This document shows positions 21,083 through 31,909 of a stretch of DNA of 64,000 bases, piece after piece. How positions within the stretch are numbered: position 1 is the stretch's first letter; each line of letters opens with the position of its first letter. The notes under the pieces were generated by a model that searched no databases, had not been told where the DNA came from, and saw only the letters and a program-made list of their open reading frames with translations. Source of the stretch: Candidatus Coatesbacteria bacterium. Lineage in GTDB: Bacteria > JAFGND01. Location: NCBI GenBank assembly GCA_016927185.1, contig JAFGND010000106.1:310-64309 (forward strand), written 5' to 3'. The translations under genes were made by a program, and so were the position numbers.

Positions 21083-22182
21083 TGGATAGCTTTTAAAATT
21101 TGTTCTGAGACTTGCTCAACATCAGAAATTTTCATTTCAGCATAAATTGGCAAGGATAGTATTCTGTCAACTAATCTGCTTGAAACAGGATAATCATTAT
21201 CTTTCATGAAGAAATCATAATGCTTCATTGCTTCATGTTGATGTATTGCTTTGGGATAATGTATTGCACAATCTATATCATTTCTCTTAAGAGTATTCAT
21301 GAGCTCATTTCTTCCATCTATCTGTATTACAAAGAGATGATAAACATGGGTTCTATCATCATGCTTTTCAGGCAGTTTAATTCTATCATTGCAAAGATAT
21401 TTTCTATAAAGATCTGCAATTTCGTTTCTTTTTTTGTTCCACTCATCAAGATATCTCAGTTTAACGGATAGCACTGCTCCTTGAATTCCATCCATTCTTT
21501 CATTATAACCAATAAATTGATGCTGGTATCTTGCTTTTTCACCATGAGATCTCAACATTCTTATTTTTCTGGCAATATCAGGATCTTTAGTAAAAATACC
21601 ACCACCTTCACCATAAGCTCCCAGATTTTTTCCAGGATAAAAGGAGAAACAACCAGCATGCCCAATTGTTCCTGCTTTCTTTCCTCTATAAATTGCTCCA
21701 TGAGCCTGACAGCTATCTTCTATAACTATGAGATTTCTTCTTTCTGCAATATGCATTATCTCATCCATGTTTGCAGGTTGTCCATAAAGATGTACTGGGA
21801 TTATTGCTTTCGTTTTTGGATTAATCTTGCTTTCAATCATGGAAGTATCAATCAGATAATCTTCACAGCAATCAATCAGTACAGGTTTAGCTCCTGTATA
21901 AGCAATAGCTTCAACTGTTGCAAAGAAAGTATGAGATGGCATAATAACTTCATCATCTTTTCCGATTCCAATAGCTATCAATGTCAGGTGCAGAGCTGAT
22001 GTTCCTGATGAGCAGCAAACGTATTCTCCATTCTCTGAAAGGTAGCTTGAGAATTCATGCTCGAATTTCTCTACATATTTACCACCACTGAAAGCGCAAT
22101 CATTTATTACATTTCTTATTGCTTCTTCTATTTCCACTCTTATACTATTATATTGATCCTTGAGAGATAGAAACTTTATCAT
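21079..22182 (-). CDS. DegT/DnrJ/EryC1/StrS PLP sugar aminotransferase (WbpE-like)
   Basis: SGTSAL, PVHLYG, EDSCQAHGA, FSFYPGKNLGAYGEGG. Confidence 0.93.
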   Translation of the reverse strand: MIKFLSLKDQYNSIRVEIEEAIRNVINDCAFSGGKYVEKFEHEFSSYLSENGEYVCCSSGTSALHLTLIAIGIGKDDEVIMPSHTFFATVEAIAYTGAKPVLIDCCEDYLIDTSMIESKINPKTKAIIPVHLYGQPANMDEIMHIAERRNLIVIEDSCQAHGAIYRGKKAGTIGHAGCFSFYPGKNLGAYGEGGGIFTKDPDIARKIRMLRSHGEKARYQHQFIGYNERMDGIQGAVLSVKLRYLDEWNKKRNEIADLYRKYLCNDRIKLPEKHDDRTHVYHLFVIQIDGRNELMNTLKRNDIDCAIHYPKAIHQHEAMKHYDFFMKDNDYPVSSRLVDRILSLPIYAEMKISDVEQVSEQILKAIQ

Positions 22183-23201
22183 ATTAAATCCTTGATTGAT
22201 ATTGGTTCCCCTTTTTTCTTTACTGAGATACTCAATGCATTAAGAATTCTTACAACCTTTACACCTGAATTAAAATCGCTGAGAGGTTTTGATCTATCTT
22301 TTATACATTTGATAAAGTGCAATGCTTCTATTTTCAGTGGTTCAGCTGGATTAATTTTTGGAATATACAAATCCCCGGATCTTATATTTATAGCTTCTCC
22401 ATATGAGTCATAATTGTATGAAAAATCGATTCCCTTATCATAAATCCTGATCTTTTCTCCAGATTCTGTGTCATCAAAAACTACCATTTTCTTGCTCCCA
22501 ACAACAGTGAGTAATCTTACTTTATGTGGATCTAACCATGAAACATGACCTTGTCCAACTACCTTGTTAGGGAACTCCAGATAAAAGAATCCAAGGTCGA
22601 TTATTTCATTCTGTATGAATGCTTTTCCATTTGCAGATACTGAAATAGGAAAACTGTCGGTCAAGTAAAGCATCATGCTTATATCATGAGGTGCGAATGA
22701 CCAGATTGCATCCTCATTACTCCTTATCTTTCCAAGATTTAGTCTCCTGCTATATAAGTAATAAAGATTTCCTAGATCACCTCTTGAAATCAGTTGCTTC
22801 AAATAATCAATTGCTGGATGATAAAGTAATAAATGACCTACCATACCAATCAATTTTCTTTTCTCAGCAATTTCAAGCAAACTCTCTGCTTCTTTTACGT
22901 CTATAGTTAGTGGTTTTTCAACCAGAACATCCTTGCCAGTTTCCAGGCTTTTTCTGGCTAATTCATAATGAGTGGAAGCTGGTGATGCAACTACAATTGC
23001 ATCAATAGAAGATTCATGAAATATTTCATCAGGATTCTCTGTTATTTTTATTGAAGGAAAATGTTTCTTGATTTTCTTAAGAACAGCAGATGAGGAATCT
23101 GAAACATGAGATAATGTACATTCTTCTAAAGCTGCGAAAGTCCTTACATGGTTGAAACCCCATGCACCAGCACCAATTATGGCAATATTGGGTTTGTCCA
23201 T
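22179..23201 (-). CDS. Gfo/Idh/MocA oxidoreductase (WbpB-like sugar 3-dehydrogenase)
   Basis: IIGAGAWG, VEKP, APHDIS, VSWLDPHK; translationally coupled to the aminotransferase. Confidence 0.88.
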   Translation of the reverse strand: MDKPNIAIIGAGAWGFNHVRTFAALEECTLSHVSDSSSAVLKKIKKHFPSIKITENPDEIFHESSIDAIVVASPASTHYELARKSLETGKDVLVEKPLTIDVKEAESLLEIAEKRKLIGMVGHLLLYHPAIDYLKQLISRGDLGNLYYLYSRRLNLGKIRSNEDAIWSFAPHDISMMLYLTDSFPISVSANGKAFIQNEIIDLGFFYLEFPNKVVGQGHVSWLDPHKVRLLTVVGSKKMVVFDDTESGEKIRIYDKGIDFSYNYDSYGEAINIRSGDLYIPKINPAEPLKIEALHFIKCIKDRSKPLSDFNSGVKVVRILNALSISVKKKGEPISIKDLI

Positions 23202-23317
23202 AAAAATCTATATATTTCCTTCCCTGAAAATTTTACTTGAATAATAAATATACTATTGACACTCAGGAAATCAAATATATTTTTTTGACAAGACTAAATT
23301 TAAAAAAATTGTAAAAA

Positions 23318-24811
23318 ATGCTTAATAAAATTGAAAAATCAAAATATCTTCTAGCTATTGGTGATTTGTTAATAATCAATCTGGCTTATGTCACTTCACT
23401 TCTGCTGAGATTCAGCAAGAGCTTGAATAAAATAAGTATTGGAAGGAATGGTCTGGAAGATATACTTGTCTTTTCAGTGATTGGCATCTTCTGGATATGG
23501 ATTTTTCAGGTTCATGGTTTATATAAAAGACAGGGATTTCTAAGTATAGCAAGGCAGCTTGTGGATTTGCTTAGAGCTTCTCTAATTGGAACAGCTTTGG
23601 TAACGATAATTGCATTTTTCTCTAAAAGCGAATTGGTTGATAACTCCCGTCTTGTTCTCGGTTATTTCGCAATATTCAATTTCCTGTATCTGATAATATG
23701 GAGAATAATAATATATAAAAACCTTTACAAGAAACTGGCAGAAGCAGAAATACTGAAAACCCGAGTCTTAATAGTAGGTGCAGGAAGTTCAGGGAAATTT
23801 CTTGCAGCAAGTATTTCTGACAGGGAACTGGATTCTGAAGTGGTAGGTTTTCTTGATGATTTCAAAGCAGACAATGAAATAATATTTAAGAATCTGAAGG
23901 TACTGGGAACAATAGACGAGATAAGAAAAATCATTGAGGAATATAGTGTTGACAGGGTCATAATTGCTCTTTCTAATGTAACCCACGATAGGTTGATGGA
24001 TATAATAAATACATGTTGTGTTCCAGGGATTAATGTAAGAATTTACAGTGATTTGTATAATGTCATTTCAAGCAAAACTGAGATAGAGGAGTTTTCAAAG
24101 ATACCTTTGATAGATATCACTGGCATAAAATTGGAGGGAACAACATATGTTATAAAGAGATTTCTGGATATAGCTGGTTCTTTGGCAGGACTGATTTTGT
24201 TATCACCCTTGATGCTTGTTGTCAGTATCTTGATAAAACTGACTTCAAGGGGTCCTGTCATTTTCAAACAGGAGCGTATTGGAAAGGATGGCAAACCTTT
24301 CTGGTTTTATAAATTCAGGAGTATGAAAGCAGGTTCTGATAATCCTGAAGAAGCGAAACATCACGAACAGTATGTTTCCAAGTTGATTGAAGATTCAAAG
24401 AAAGAAACCCAGAAAGAAAAAGTACTTGATACAGAGATAAAGGAAAAGAAGCTAAAACCAAGGAAATTGGTAAATGATCCAAGAGTAACATGGATTGGTA
24501 AGATTATCAGGAAAACATCAATAGATGAACTCCCTCAGTTATACAATGTCTTGAAGGGAGATATGTCACTTGTAGGTCCTAGACCATGTCTCAGATATGA
24601 ATATGATCAATATCTCGACTGGCATAAAGCAAGATTAAGAGTTTTGCCAGGATGTACTGGTCTTTGGCAAGTAACAGGCAGGAGTGAGGTTTCTTTTAAT
24701 GATATGGTAATCATGGATTTTTATTATATTAATAATATTTCTCCCTGGTTTGATCTTCAGCTTATATTGAAAACCTTTCCTGTGATGTTTTTTGGCAAAG
24801 GTGGATTCTAG
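23318..24811 (+). CDS. Undecaprenyl-phosphate sugar phosphotransferase (WcaJ/WbaP-like)
   Basis: N-terminal TM helices, VLIVGAG domain, KRFLDI, KFRSM, DELPQLYNVLKGDMSLVGPRP, PGCTGLWQV. Confidence 0.92.
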   Translation: MLNKIEKSKYLLAIGDLLIINLAYVTSLLLRFSKSLNKISIGRNGLEDILVFSVIGIFWIWIFQVHGLYKRQGFLSIARQLVDLLRASLIGTALVTIIAFFSKSELVDNSRLVLGYFAIFNFLYLIIWRIIIYKNLYKKLAEAEILKTRVLIVGAGSSGKFLAASISDRELDSEVVGFLDDFKADNEIIFKNLKVLGTIDEIRKIIEEYSVDRVIIALSNVTHDRLMDIINTCCVPGINVRIYSDLYNVISSKTEIEEFSKIPLIDITGIKLEGTTYVIKRFLDIAGSLAGLILLSPLMLVVSILIKLTSRGPVIFKQERIGKDGKPFWFYKFRSMKAGSDNPEEAKHHEQYVSKLIEDSKKETQKEKVLDTEIKEKKLKPRKLVNDPRVTWIGKIIRKTSIDELPQLYNVLKGDMSLVGPRPCLRYEYDQYLDWHKARLRVLPGCTGLWQVTGRSEVSFNDMVIMDFYYINNISPWFDLQLILKTFPVMFFGKGGF

Positions 24812-24858
24812 AGAAGTAAGATACTAAAGAGGAGACTTGTATAATTTTCTCAAATAAT

Positions 24859-25800
24859 ATGGATAATACTCAACATAGAATAATTATTGGTGATTCAAGG
24901 AATATGGATGATATTGAAAATGAATCAGTTCATCTAGTTATAACCTCACCCCCATACTGGCAGTTAAAGGATTATGGAGACAAAAACCAGATAGGTTTTA
25001 ATGATACATACAAAGATTACATAAATAATCTCAACCTTGTCTGGAATGAGTGCATGAGAGTGCTCCACAAGGGATGCAGGTTATGCATTAATATAGGTGA
25101 TCAGTTTGCAAGAGCGGTTTATTATGGAAGATATAAAATCATTCCTATCAGGACTGAGATAATCAGGTTTTGCGAAACATCTGGAATGGATTATATGGGA
25201 GCAATAATTTGGCAGAAAGTCACAACATGCAACACTACAGGCGGAGCAATTATAATGGGATCATATCCCTTCCCAAGGAATGGAATTATCAAGCTGGATT
25301 ATGAATTCATACTGATATTCAAGAAACAAGGGAAACCTCCTAAAGTCGGAAGTGAAATCAAGGAAAAATCAAGACTATCAAGGGAAGAATGGAATGAGTA
25401 TTTCTATGGACACTGGAATTTGCCAGCTGAAAAACAGGTAGCTCATATGGCAATGTTTCCACAAGAACTTCCTGCTAGATTGATAAAAATGTTCAGTTTT
25501 TATGGGGAGACAATACTGGATCCTTTTCTTGGAAGCGGGACATCAGCATTAGCTGCAATGAATTTAGCCAGGAACTCGATTGGATATGAAATAAATAACA
25601 AGTATATTGATATCATGCACAAGAAGTTTGAGAAAAGAAATATGTCTAATGAAGCAGTTTATGATATCGAGATTAAGAACTCGGCAGCAGTTGATTATGA
25701 AGAAAAAATAAGGGGACTTCCTTATATTTTTATGGACAGTGTTGAGATAAGCAGGAAATCTTTGAAAACTGGTAAAACATATGGTTCAAAAACCAGATAA
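24859..25800 (+). CDS. Site-specific DNA methyltransferase (N4-C/N6-A, beta motif order)
   Basis: TSPPY catalytic motif precedes the DPFLGSGT SAM-binding motif. Confidence 0.9.
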   Translation: MDNTQHRIIIGDSRNMDDIENESVHLVITSPPYWQLKDYGDKNQIGFNDTYKDYINNLNLVWNECMRVLHKGCRLCINIGDQFARAVYYGRYKIIPIRTEIIRFCETSGMDYMGAIIWQKVTTCNTTGGAIIMGSYPFPRNGIIKLDYEFILIFKKQGKPPKVGSEIKEKSRLSREEWNEYFYGHWNLPAEKQVAHMAMFPQELPARLIKMFSFYGETILDPFLGSGTSALAAMNLARNSIGYEINNKYIDIMHKKFEKRNMSNEAVYDIEIKNSAAVDYEEKIRGLPYIFMDSVEISRKSLKTGKTYGSKTR

Positions 25801-26596
25801 AAGCTGTATAAAACCTTCTCTTAATATAGTACTTGTATCTCCGAGAGTTGCAGACAATATTGGAGCTGCTGCAAGATCTTGTCAGAATATGGGAGCTAAA
25901 AAGCTTATTTTAGTAAATCCCATAAATCATGATTCGGAGAGAGCAAGATCTGTTGCATGCAATTCTTCCAGGTTCCTTGAATCTGCAGAGATATATGCAA
26001 GTTTATCAGATGCATTAAAGGATGCAACAATAGTTGTAGGCACAAGCAGGAGAAGAAGGGCTCTCGAGAAAAGGGAGATTATTCTTCCTGAAGCATTTCC
26101 ACATCTGTTCAAGGAAGCCAAGGGAAAACCTATCTATATAATTTTCGGAACAGAAGATGCAGGTTTGACTAATGATGAGCTGGATTATTGCCAGTATATA
26201 TTGACAATACCGACAACAGAGAAATTCAAGAGTCTGAACCTTGCTCAAGCAGTTATGTTGGTTGCTTATCAATATTTCATTGAGAATTATGAAATAAAAT
26301 ATGATAAAGGTTCAGATACAGATGAAGCCCCACTTGAAGAAAAAGAGAGATTATATAAGGAAATAGTTGAGACTATGAGCAAGATAGGGTTTTTTTCCAG
26401 AAATAAAAGAAAACCATTAAGCCTGGTTAGAAGTCTACGCAAGGTCTTTAACAACAAACCTTTAACTTATTATGATCTAAGAACTTTGCATGGTCTATTT
26501 ACTCAGATGAGAAGGTTTATCAACCTCAGGCTTTGGGAGAAAAATGATTTCCCTGTGCTGGATTATCCTGAAGTAAGACATAGAGTACAAGAATAG
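25781..26596 (+). CDS. trmJ: SPOUT RNA methyltransferase, TrmJ/LasT family
   Basis: NIGAAAR, IFGTEDAGLTNDEL, SLNLAQAV. Confidence 0.8.
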   Translation: MVQKPDKSCIKPSLNIVLVSPRVADNIGAAARSCQNMGAKKLILVNPINHDSERARSVACNSSRFLESAEIYASLSDALKDATIVVGTSRRRRALEKREIILPEAFPHLFKEAKGKPIYIIFGTEDAGLTNDELDYCQYILTIPTTEKFKSLNLAQAVMLVAYQYFIENYEIKYDKGSDTDEAPLEEKERLYKEIVETMSKIGFFSRNKRKPLSLVRSLRKVFNNKPLTYYDLRTLHGLFTQMRRFINLRLWEKNDFPVLDYPEVRHRVQE

Positions 26597-26817
26597 ATAA
26601 TGGAATAATACTTTATATAAGACAAAAAATAGCAATGAGGAATTTGCAAAGTTGTAAAAAACGGCTAATTGATTTTCAAATACTCATTTAGATTGATTTT
26701 TGTAATATTTTATATCGAGTTTAACTTTTTATATTGACAAAACCAGTTAAAAATTTTGCTTGAGTTTTGCTATTGATTTTATAATAAAATGCAAATTCCC
26801 TAGTAAAGGAGATAGAT

Positions 26818-28005
26818 ATGAGTCCTGAAAGTGTAAGAATTTGTGCAATTTGTGGAAAGAAGGAAAATCCTCAGGAGGATGAGAGTTTTGGAAGATGCGT
26901 TTGCCAAAGAATAGTATGTGCAGATTGCTGGGATTTTGATAAGAATAAATGCAATATTTGTGCAGAAGAAGAAAAAAATTCAGCAGGAAAGCAGGATATT
27001 GACCTGGGTGAATCAACTCTGATATTAAAGAGAGGATCAAAGAAGAAATCACAAACTCCGGAAGATTTATTTGGCGGCAAGAAAAAGAAGAAAACTCCTG
27101 AAGAGGAAGAGGAAGAAAAAGCTGTTATTGCCGATCAGGAAAATATCAAAACTCAATTTGATCAACAGGTAGAGGAGAAGCCAGTTGAAGAAGAGAAGGA
27201 AATCATAGAGGTCAAGAAGGAAGAATATAAGCCTGTTTTGGCAGAATTTGATGAAGCAGCACTAATTGATAAAATACTTAATGAGATTAAAAAACAACCG
27301 ACTCCATTGCCTGATATAGAAGGAATGCTTGCCAGTAAAACAGGTACTTATGAAGCAAAAATAAAGGGACTTGAAGGGAAGGCAGCAACATTGGAAGTTG
27401 AGATAGAAGCTTTCAAGGAAAGAATATCTGATAGTAAGGATATTGAAAAGGAATTAATCCCACAGATTAATTTATTGAAAACAGATATAGAACTCATTAA
27501 AACTGAATTAAAATGCCTTAGTGACAAAGCAAAAGAACTTCCAGCAGGTAATTCAGAACAAGCAGTGATACCATCTGATTTGAAAGAGGATGTCAAGAAG
27601 ATTGTAAGGATAAATATTGAAGAGAAGATGTCTAAAGAGATACCCGAGAGGCTTGAAGCTATAGTTTATAAAAATCAGCAGGAAATACTGGAAAAAGTTG
27701 ATGGGAAAATCTCAATACTCAATTCCACAATTGGTAATGTGCAGCAAGCAAGCAAAACAGAGGATGATATTAAAAGGATTTTAGGAGAATCAATTGCTGC
27801 TTTCAAGAATGAGATAATGTCTGATATTCAGAATAAATTTGATGATTTTCGCAAGGAAGTCACTAGTTCTGCTCCCTCTATTATTGAGGAACTTGTATCA
27901 TTAAATGAATCAGCAGAGCATATCAAGAAACGCAAGGAAGAGGGGTGGGCAATAGTCAATAGTACATTAGTTGGAGATAAATTATCTATAACCTTTAAAC
28001 GTTAA
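26818..28005 (+). CDS. Hypothetical protein: N-terminal Cys8 zinc finger, charged coiled coil, short C-terminal globular domain
   Basis: RBS AAGGAG; CAIC...CVC...CADC...CNIC; long E/K-rich heptad region; C-terminal EGWAIV...ITFKR. Confidence 0.8.
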   Translation: MSPESVRICAICGKKENPQEDESFGRCVCQRIVCADCWDFDKNKCNICAEEEKNSAGKQDIDLGESTLILKRGSKKKSQTPEDLFGGKKKKKTPEEEEEEKAVIADQENIKTQFDQQVEEKPVEEEKEIIEVKKEEYKPVLAEFDEAALIDKILNEIKKQPTPLPDIEGMLASKTGTYEAKIKGLEGKAATLEVEIEAFKERISDSKDIEKELIPQINLLKTDIELIKTELKCLSDKAKELPAGNSEQAVIPSDLKEDVKKIVRINIEEKMSKEIPERLEAIVYKNQQEILEKVDGKISILNSTIGNVQQASKTEDDIKRILGESIAAFKNEIMSDIQNKFDDFRKEVTSSAPSIIEELVSLNESAEHIKKRKEEGWAIVNSTLVGDKLSITFKR

Positions 28006-28027
28006 ACTGATGTATTGACAAGTATAA

Positions 28028-28876
28028 TTGAAGGTATTATTAGCAGAAAAAGCAGGTTTTTGCTACGGAGTAAGAAGATCCATTGATATTGCTTTCAAGG
28101 CATTAAACAATAAAGATTCAAGTAATGTTTGTTCATTAGGTCCCTTGATTCATAATCCTCAGATGGTAGAAAAACTTAAAGAACAGGGACTTGAAGTAGT
28201 GGAAGAACTTGAAAAAATAGATCATAATACAGTATTAATAATACGTTCTCATGGAGTACATCCAGAAACACTGAAGAGAGCACAGAAAATTGCAAGAAAA
28301 GTTATAGATGCGACATGTCCGTTCGTTAAAAAAGCACAGCATTTAACACAATTTCTTTATGATGAAGATTATCTGATATATATTGTAGGTGAAGCTGAGC
28401 ACCCTGAAGTACTTGCCTTACAGGGATTTGCATGTGAACAAGCCAAGGTTGTTGCATCTGCTTCAGAAATTAAAGCAATAAATAAAAAGAGCAAGATCGG
28501 TATAATAGCACAGACAACACAGAATCCTAAGAACCTTGCTGAAGTAAGTAAAGCATTATCTACGGTAACAAAAGAGCTTAGGGTTTTCAATACGATTTGT
28601 AATGCAACCTTGTTGCGACAGAAATCAGCTCTCAAACTTGCTTCCACAGTTGATATAATGATAGTGCTTGGTGGAAAAAATAGTGCCAATACATCAAGGC
28701 TTGCGGTTTTATGTAAACAGATAAAAGAGACTACTCATCATATAGAAACAGCAGATGAGCTGAAAAAATCCTGGTTCAAAGGTGGTGAGATAGTAGGAAT
28801 AACAGCAGGAGCTTCCACTCCTGATTGGATAATAGAAGAAACGGTTTTAAGGTTGAAGAAATGGTTTAATAATTAA
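28028..28876 (+). CDS. ispH: 4-hydroxy-3-methylbut-2-enyl diphosphate reductase
   Basis: AGFCYGV, LIHNP, IRSHG, DATCPFV, TICNAT, GITAGASTP. Confidence 0.96.
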   Translation: MKVLLAEKAGFCYGVRRSIDIAFKALNNKDSSNVCSLGPLIHNPQMVEKLKEQGLEVVEELEKIDHNTVLIIRSHGVHPETLKRAQKIARKVIDATCPFVKKAQHLTQFLYDEDYLIYIVGEAEHPEVLALQGFACEQAKVVASASEIKAINKKSKIGIIAQTTQNPKNLAEVSKALSTVTKELRVFNTICNATLLRQKSALKLASTVDIMIVLGGKNSANTSRLAVLCKQIKETTHHIETADELKKSWFKGGEIVGITAGASTPDWIIEETVLRLKKWFNN

Positions 28877-28897
28877 CAATTTCGGAGGAAAATCTGA

Positions 28898-30643
28898 ATG
28901 AGTAACAATAAAAACACTAGTAATAATTCTAAAGAACTATTGAATGAGCAATTTGAGTATGATGAATTTGGGAATCCAGTTGAAAGCAAGAAAAGCGATT
29001 TTGCTCAGTTGCTTGAGAAATATGGAGATACAATAAAGACTCCAAAAGAAAATGAGATTATCTCAGGAAAGATAGTAAGAATTGACAAGGATGTCGTTCT
29101 TGTTGATATAGGGTTTAAATCTGAAGGAAGAGTTCCTATTGGGGAATTCCACAGTACAGATGAAATAAAGATTGGTGATACAATTGACGTTTTACTAGAG
29201 GAAATTGAAGATCAGAATGGTGAAGTGGTTCTTTCCAAGCAAAAAGCTGACTTCATAAAAGCATGGGATAAAGTGAGAGATGCCTATAATAATTCTGACA
29301 CTATAAAAGGAAAAGTAATCAGGAGAATAAAAGGTGGTATGATCGTAAGTCTCTTTGGAGTTGATGCATTCCTTCCTGGTAGTCAAATAGATTTGAAGCA
29401 AGTTCCTGATCTTGATAATCTGGTTAATAAAACCATGGATTTCAGGGTAATAAAGCTTAACAAGAAGAGAAGAAATATTGTTATTTCAAGAAGAATTATT
29501 CTTGAAGAACAAAGAAGCAAGCAGAAAACGAATCTTATTGATGAGCTTATAGTAGGTCAAATACGAGAAGGAATTGTGAAAAATATCACCAATTTTGGGG
29601 CATTTATTGATTTGGGTGGATTAGATGGTTTGTTGCATATTACTGACATTTCATGGGGCAGAATAAATCATCCGGAGGAAGTATTAAGCTTGAATCAGAA
29701 AATAAAGGTTAAAATTCTTTCGTTTGATAAAGATAAGGAAAGAGTCTCTCTTGGCTTGAAACAGCTTAGCCCTTCTCCCTGGGAGAATATTGAAGAACGT
29801 TTTCCTGAAGGCACTATTGTAAGAGGAAAAGTAGCCAATATAAAGGATTATGGAGCTTTCATAGAACTGGAGGAAGGACTTGAGGGATTAATTCATATTT
29901 CAGAATTCAGTTATACTCAGCATATAAATCATCCAGCTGATTTGATGAAAATAGGCCAGGACATAGAGGCAAAAGTCCTGAAGGTTGACAGGGAAAACAA
30001 GAGAATAGCTCTTGGTTTGAAACAGCTAGGTGAAGATCCATGGGAAATGCTAGAAAAAGAAAACCCGGCAGGTTCCGTTGTTAAGGGAAAAGTAAAGAAC
30101 ATGACAGAATTTGGTGCGTTTGTTGAAATTGCAGAGGGAATAGAAGGACTTGTTCATGTTTCGGATATGTCATGGTCTAAGAGAATTAATGAACCGAATG
30201 AATTCCTGAGAAAGGATCAGGAGATTGATGTCAAGATACTAGAGATAGATAAAGAAAAGAAGAAAGTATCACTATCTATAAAACAAACACAACCTAATCC
30301 TTGGAGTGAATTTGAAAGCAAATACAATATCGGCTATGAAGTTGAAGGGAAGGTTGTCCGAGTGATACCTGATAAGGGCGTAATAGTGTATATTAATGAC
30401 GAAGTTGAAGGATTTGTTCCATTCACTCATCTTACCAAGAAACGCCAGTTAAAACGCGAAGATTTGATAAAACCAAATGACATAATTCCATTGAAGGTGA
30501 TAGAATTCTCGGCTCAGGAACAGAAGATAGTCTTGAGCAGGAGTGAATTCCTTGAAGGTAAATCAAAGGAAGAATTAGAGCAAATTCAAAGTTCAAAGCC
30601 AGAACTTAAATTGTTTCTTGGCGATGAACTGGGAGAGGAATAA
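28898..30643 (+). CDS. rpsA: 30S ribosomal protein S1
   Basis: Six S1 domains, DIGFKSEG, FLPGSQID, DGLLHITDISW. Confidence 0.97.
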   Translation: MSNNKNTSNNSKELLNEQFEYDEFGNPVESKKSDFAQLLEKYGDTIKTPKENEIISGKIVRIDKDVVLVDIGFKSEGRVPIGEFHSTDEIKIGDTIDVLLEEIEDQNGEVVLSKQKADFIKAWDKVRDAYNNSDTIKGKVIRRIKGGMIVSLFGVDAFLPGSQIDLKQVPDLDNLVNKTMDFRVIKLNKKRRNIVISRRIILEEQRSKQKTNLIDELIVGQIREGIVKNITNFGAFIDLGGLDGLLHITDISWGRINHPEEVLSLNQKIKVKILSFDKDKERVSLGLKQLSPSPWENIEERFPEGTIVRGKVANIKDYGAFIELEEGLEGLIHISEFSYTQHINHPADLMKIGQDIEAKVLKVDRENKRIALGLKQLGEDPWEMLEKENPAGSVVKGKVKNMTEFGAFVEIAEGIEGLVHVSDMSWSKRINEPNEFLRKDQEIDVKILEIDKEKKKVSLSIKQTQPNPWSEFESKYNIGYEVEGKVVRVIPDKGVIVYINDEVEGFVPFTHLTKKRQLKREDLIKPNDIIPLKVIEFSAQEQKIVLSRSEFLEGKSKEELEQIQSSKPELKLFLGDELGEE

Positions 30644-30644
30644 T

Positions 30645-30670
30645 AAAAGGGTGATCTTTCACCCTTTTTT
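30645..30670 (+). terminator. Rho-independent terminator after rpsA (possibly bidirectional)
   Basis: AAAAGGGTGA-tctt-TCACCCTTTT hairpin with T run. Confidence 0.85.
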
Positions 30671-30681
30671 AAGATTTGTAT

Positions 30682-31908
30682 ATGTCAATAAAGTTGTTTA
30701 CTTTAGGCTGCAAGGTTAATCAGGCAGAAGCAGAAGTCTACAGGGAATTTGATACTTCTGAAGATATATGGATTATCAATACCTGTTGCATAACATCAAA
30801 AGCTGAATCAGAGAGTCTCTCCTTGATAAGGAAACTTGCCAATGAAAAAAGCGAGAAGACAAGGTTAATTGTAACAGGCTGCCTTGCAAGCATAAGGGAT
30901 TTTTCATTATCTGACATTGGAAATCTTGAGATTGCTCCAAACAGGGATAAGGATTGCCTATTTGAGATACTGACAAATACAAGCCATATAATTACTCCTC
31001 TTCCTGAAGAACTCCCCCAGAAGAGAACTCGCTCATTCATAAAAATCCAGGATGGCTGCAATAGAAGGTGTTCATATTGCATAGTATGGAAGGCAAGAGG
31101 GAAAAGCAGAAGTCATAGAATGAGTGATATAATTGATTGCATAAAAAATCTGTCACAGAAAGGTTTGAAAGAGGTAGTTTTAACTGGAGTATGTATAGGA
31201 AGTTATGGCAGGGATTCAGGAGAAAAAGAGAGTCTTGAGTTATTACTGAATTTGATACTTAATGAAACAGATATACAAAGAATAAGATTGAGTTCGCTGG
31301 ATGTGGGAGATATTTCTGATGAGATGATAGATTTGTTGAGAAATAATAAGAGGATTTGCCCTCATCTTCATATACCTATTCAAAGTGCTTCCAGGAAGAT
31401 AAGGAGATTAATGAACAGGAAAGGTTGGGATATTGACATAAAGAGATTTATGGATGAGCTAATTGAAAATATTCCTGATCTTAATATTGGATTTGATATT
31501 ATTGCTGGATTTCCAACAGAAAAAGAAGAGGATTTTCTTGAAACTCTTGATTTACTTGAAAAAGTGGATTTTGGATATCTTCATGTTTTTCAATATTCAA
31601 GAAGAATAGGTACAAAAGCAGCTGAGATGGAAAATCAGGTACCTGATAGTGTCAAAAAGGAAAGATCATCCATAATAAGAAATATAGGAATGAGAAAAAA
31701 AGAGAAATTTCTGAACAGGTATATAGGAAAAAAACTATCTATCCTTTTTCAATCAGAAAGCAGAAATATCAAGGGATTTACAACAGGTTTGTCTGATAAT
31801 TATATAAAAACATTAACTCCAAATTCAATAAAAAGTGGAAAAATACTTGAGTTAAAAATAATAAATAAAAAAAATGGTTACATGTTAACAGATTTATCTG
31901 GAGGATAA
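30682..31908 (+). CDS. mtaB: tRNA methylthiotransferase, MtaB-like radical SAM
   Basis: TLGCKVNQ, INTCCIT, IKIQDGCNRRCSYC, HLHIPIQS, HVFQYSRRIGT. Confidence 0.85.
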   Translation: MSIKLFTLGCKVNQAEAEVYREFDTSEDIWIINTCCITSKAESESLSLIRKLANEKSEKTRLIVTGCLASIRDFSLSDIGNLEIAPNRDKDCLFEILTNTSHIITPLPEELPQKRTRSFIKIQDGCNRRCSYCIVWKARGKSRSHRMSDIIDCIKNLSQKGLKEVVLTGVCIGSYGRDSGEKESLELLLNLILNETDIQRIRLSSLDVGDISDEMIDLLRNNKRICPHLHIPIQSASRKIRRLMNRKGWDIDIKRFMDELIENIPDLNIGFDIIAGFPTEKEEDFLETLDLLEKVDFGYLHVFQYSRRIGTKAAEMENQVPDSVKKERSSIIRNIGMRKKEKFLNRYIGKKLSILFQSESRNIKGFTTGLSDNYIKTLTPNSIKSGKILELKIINKKNGYMLTDLSGG

Positions 31909-31909
31909 A

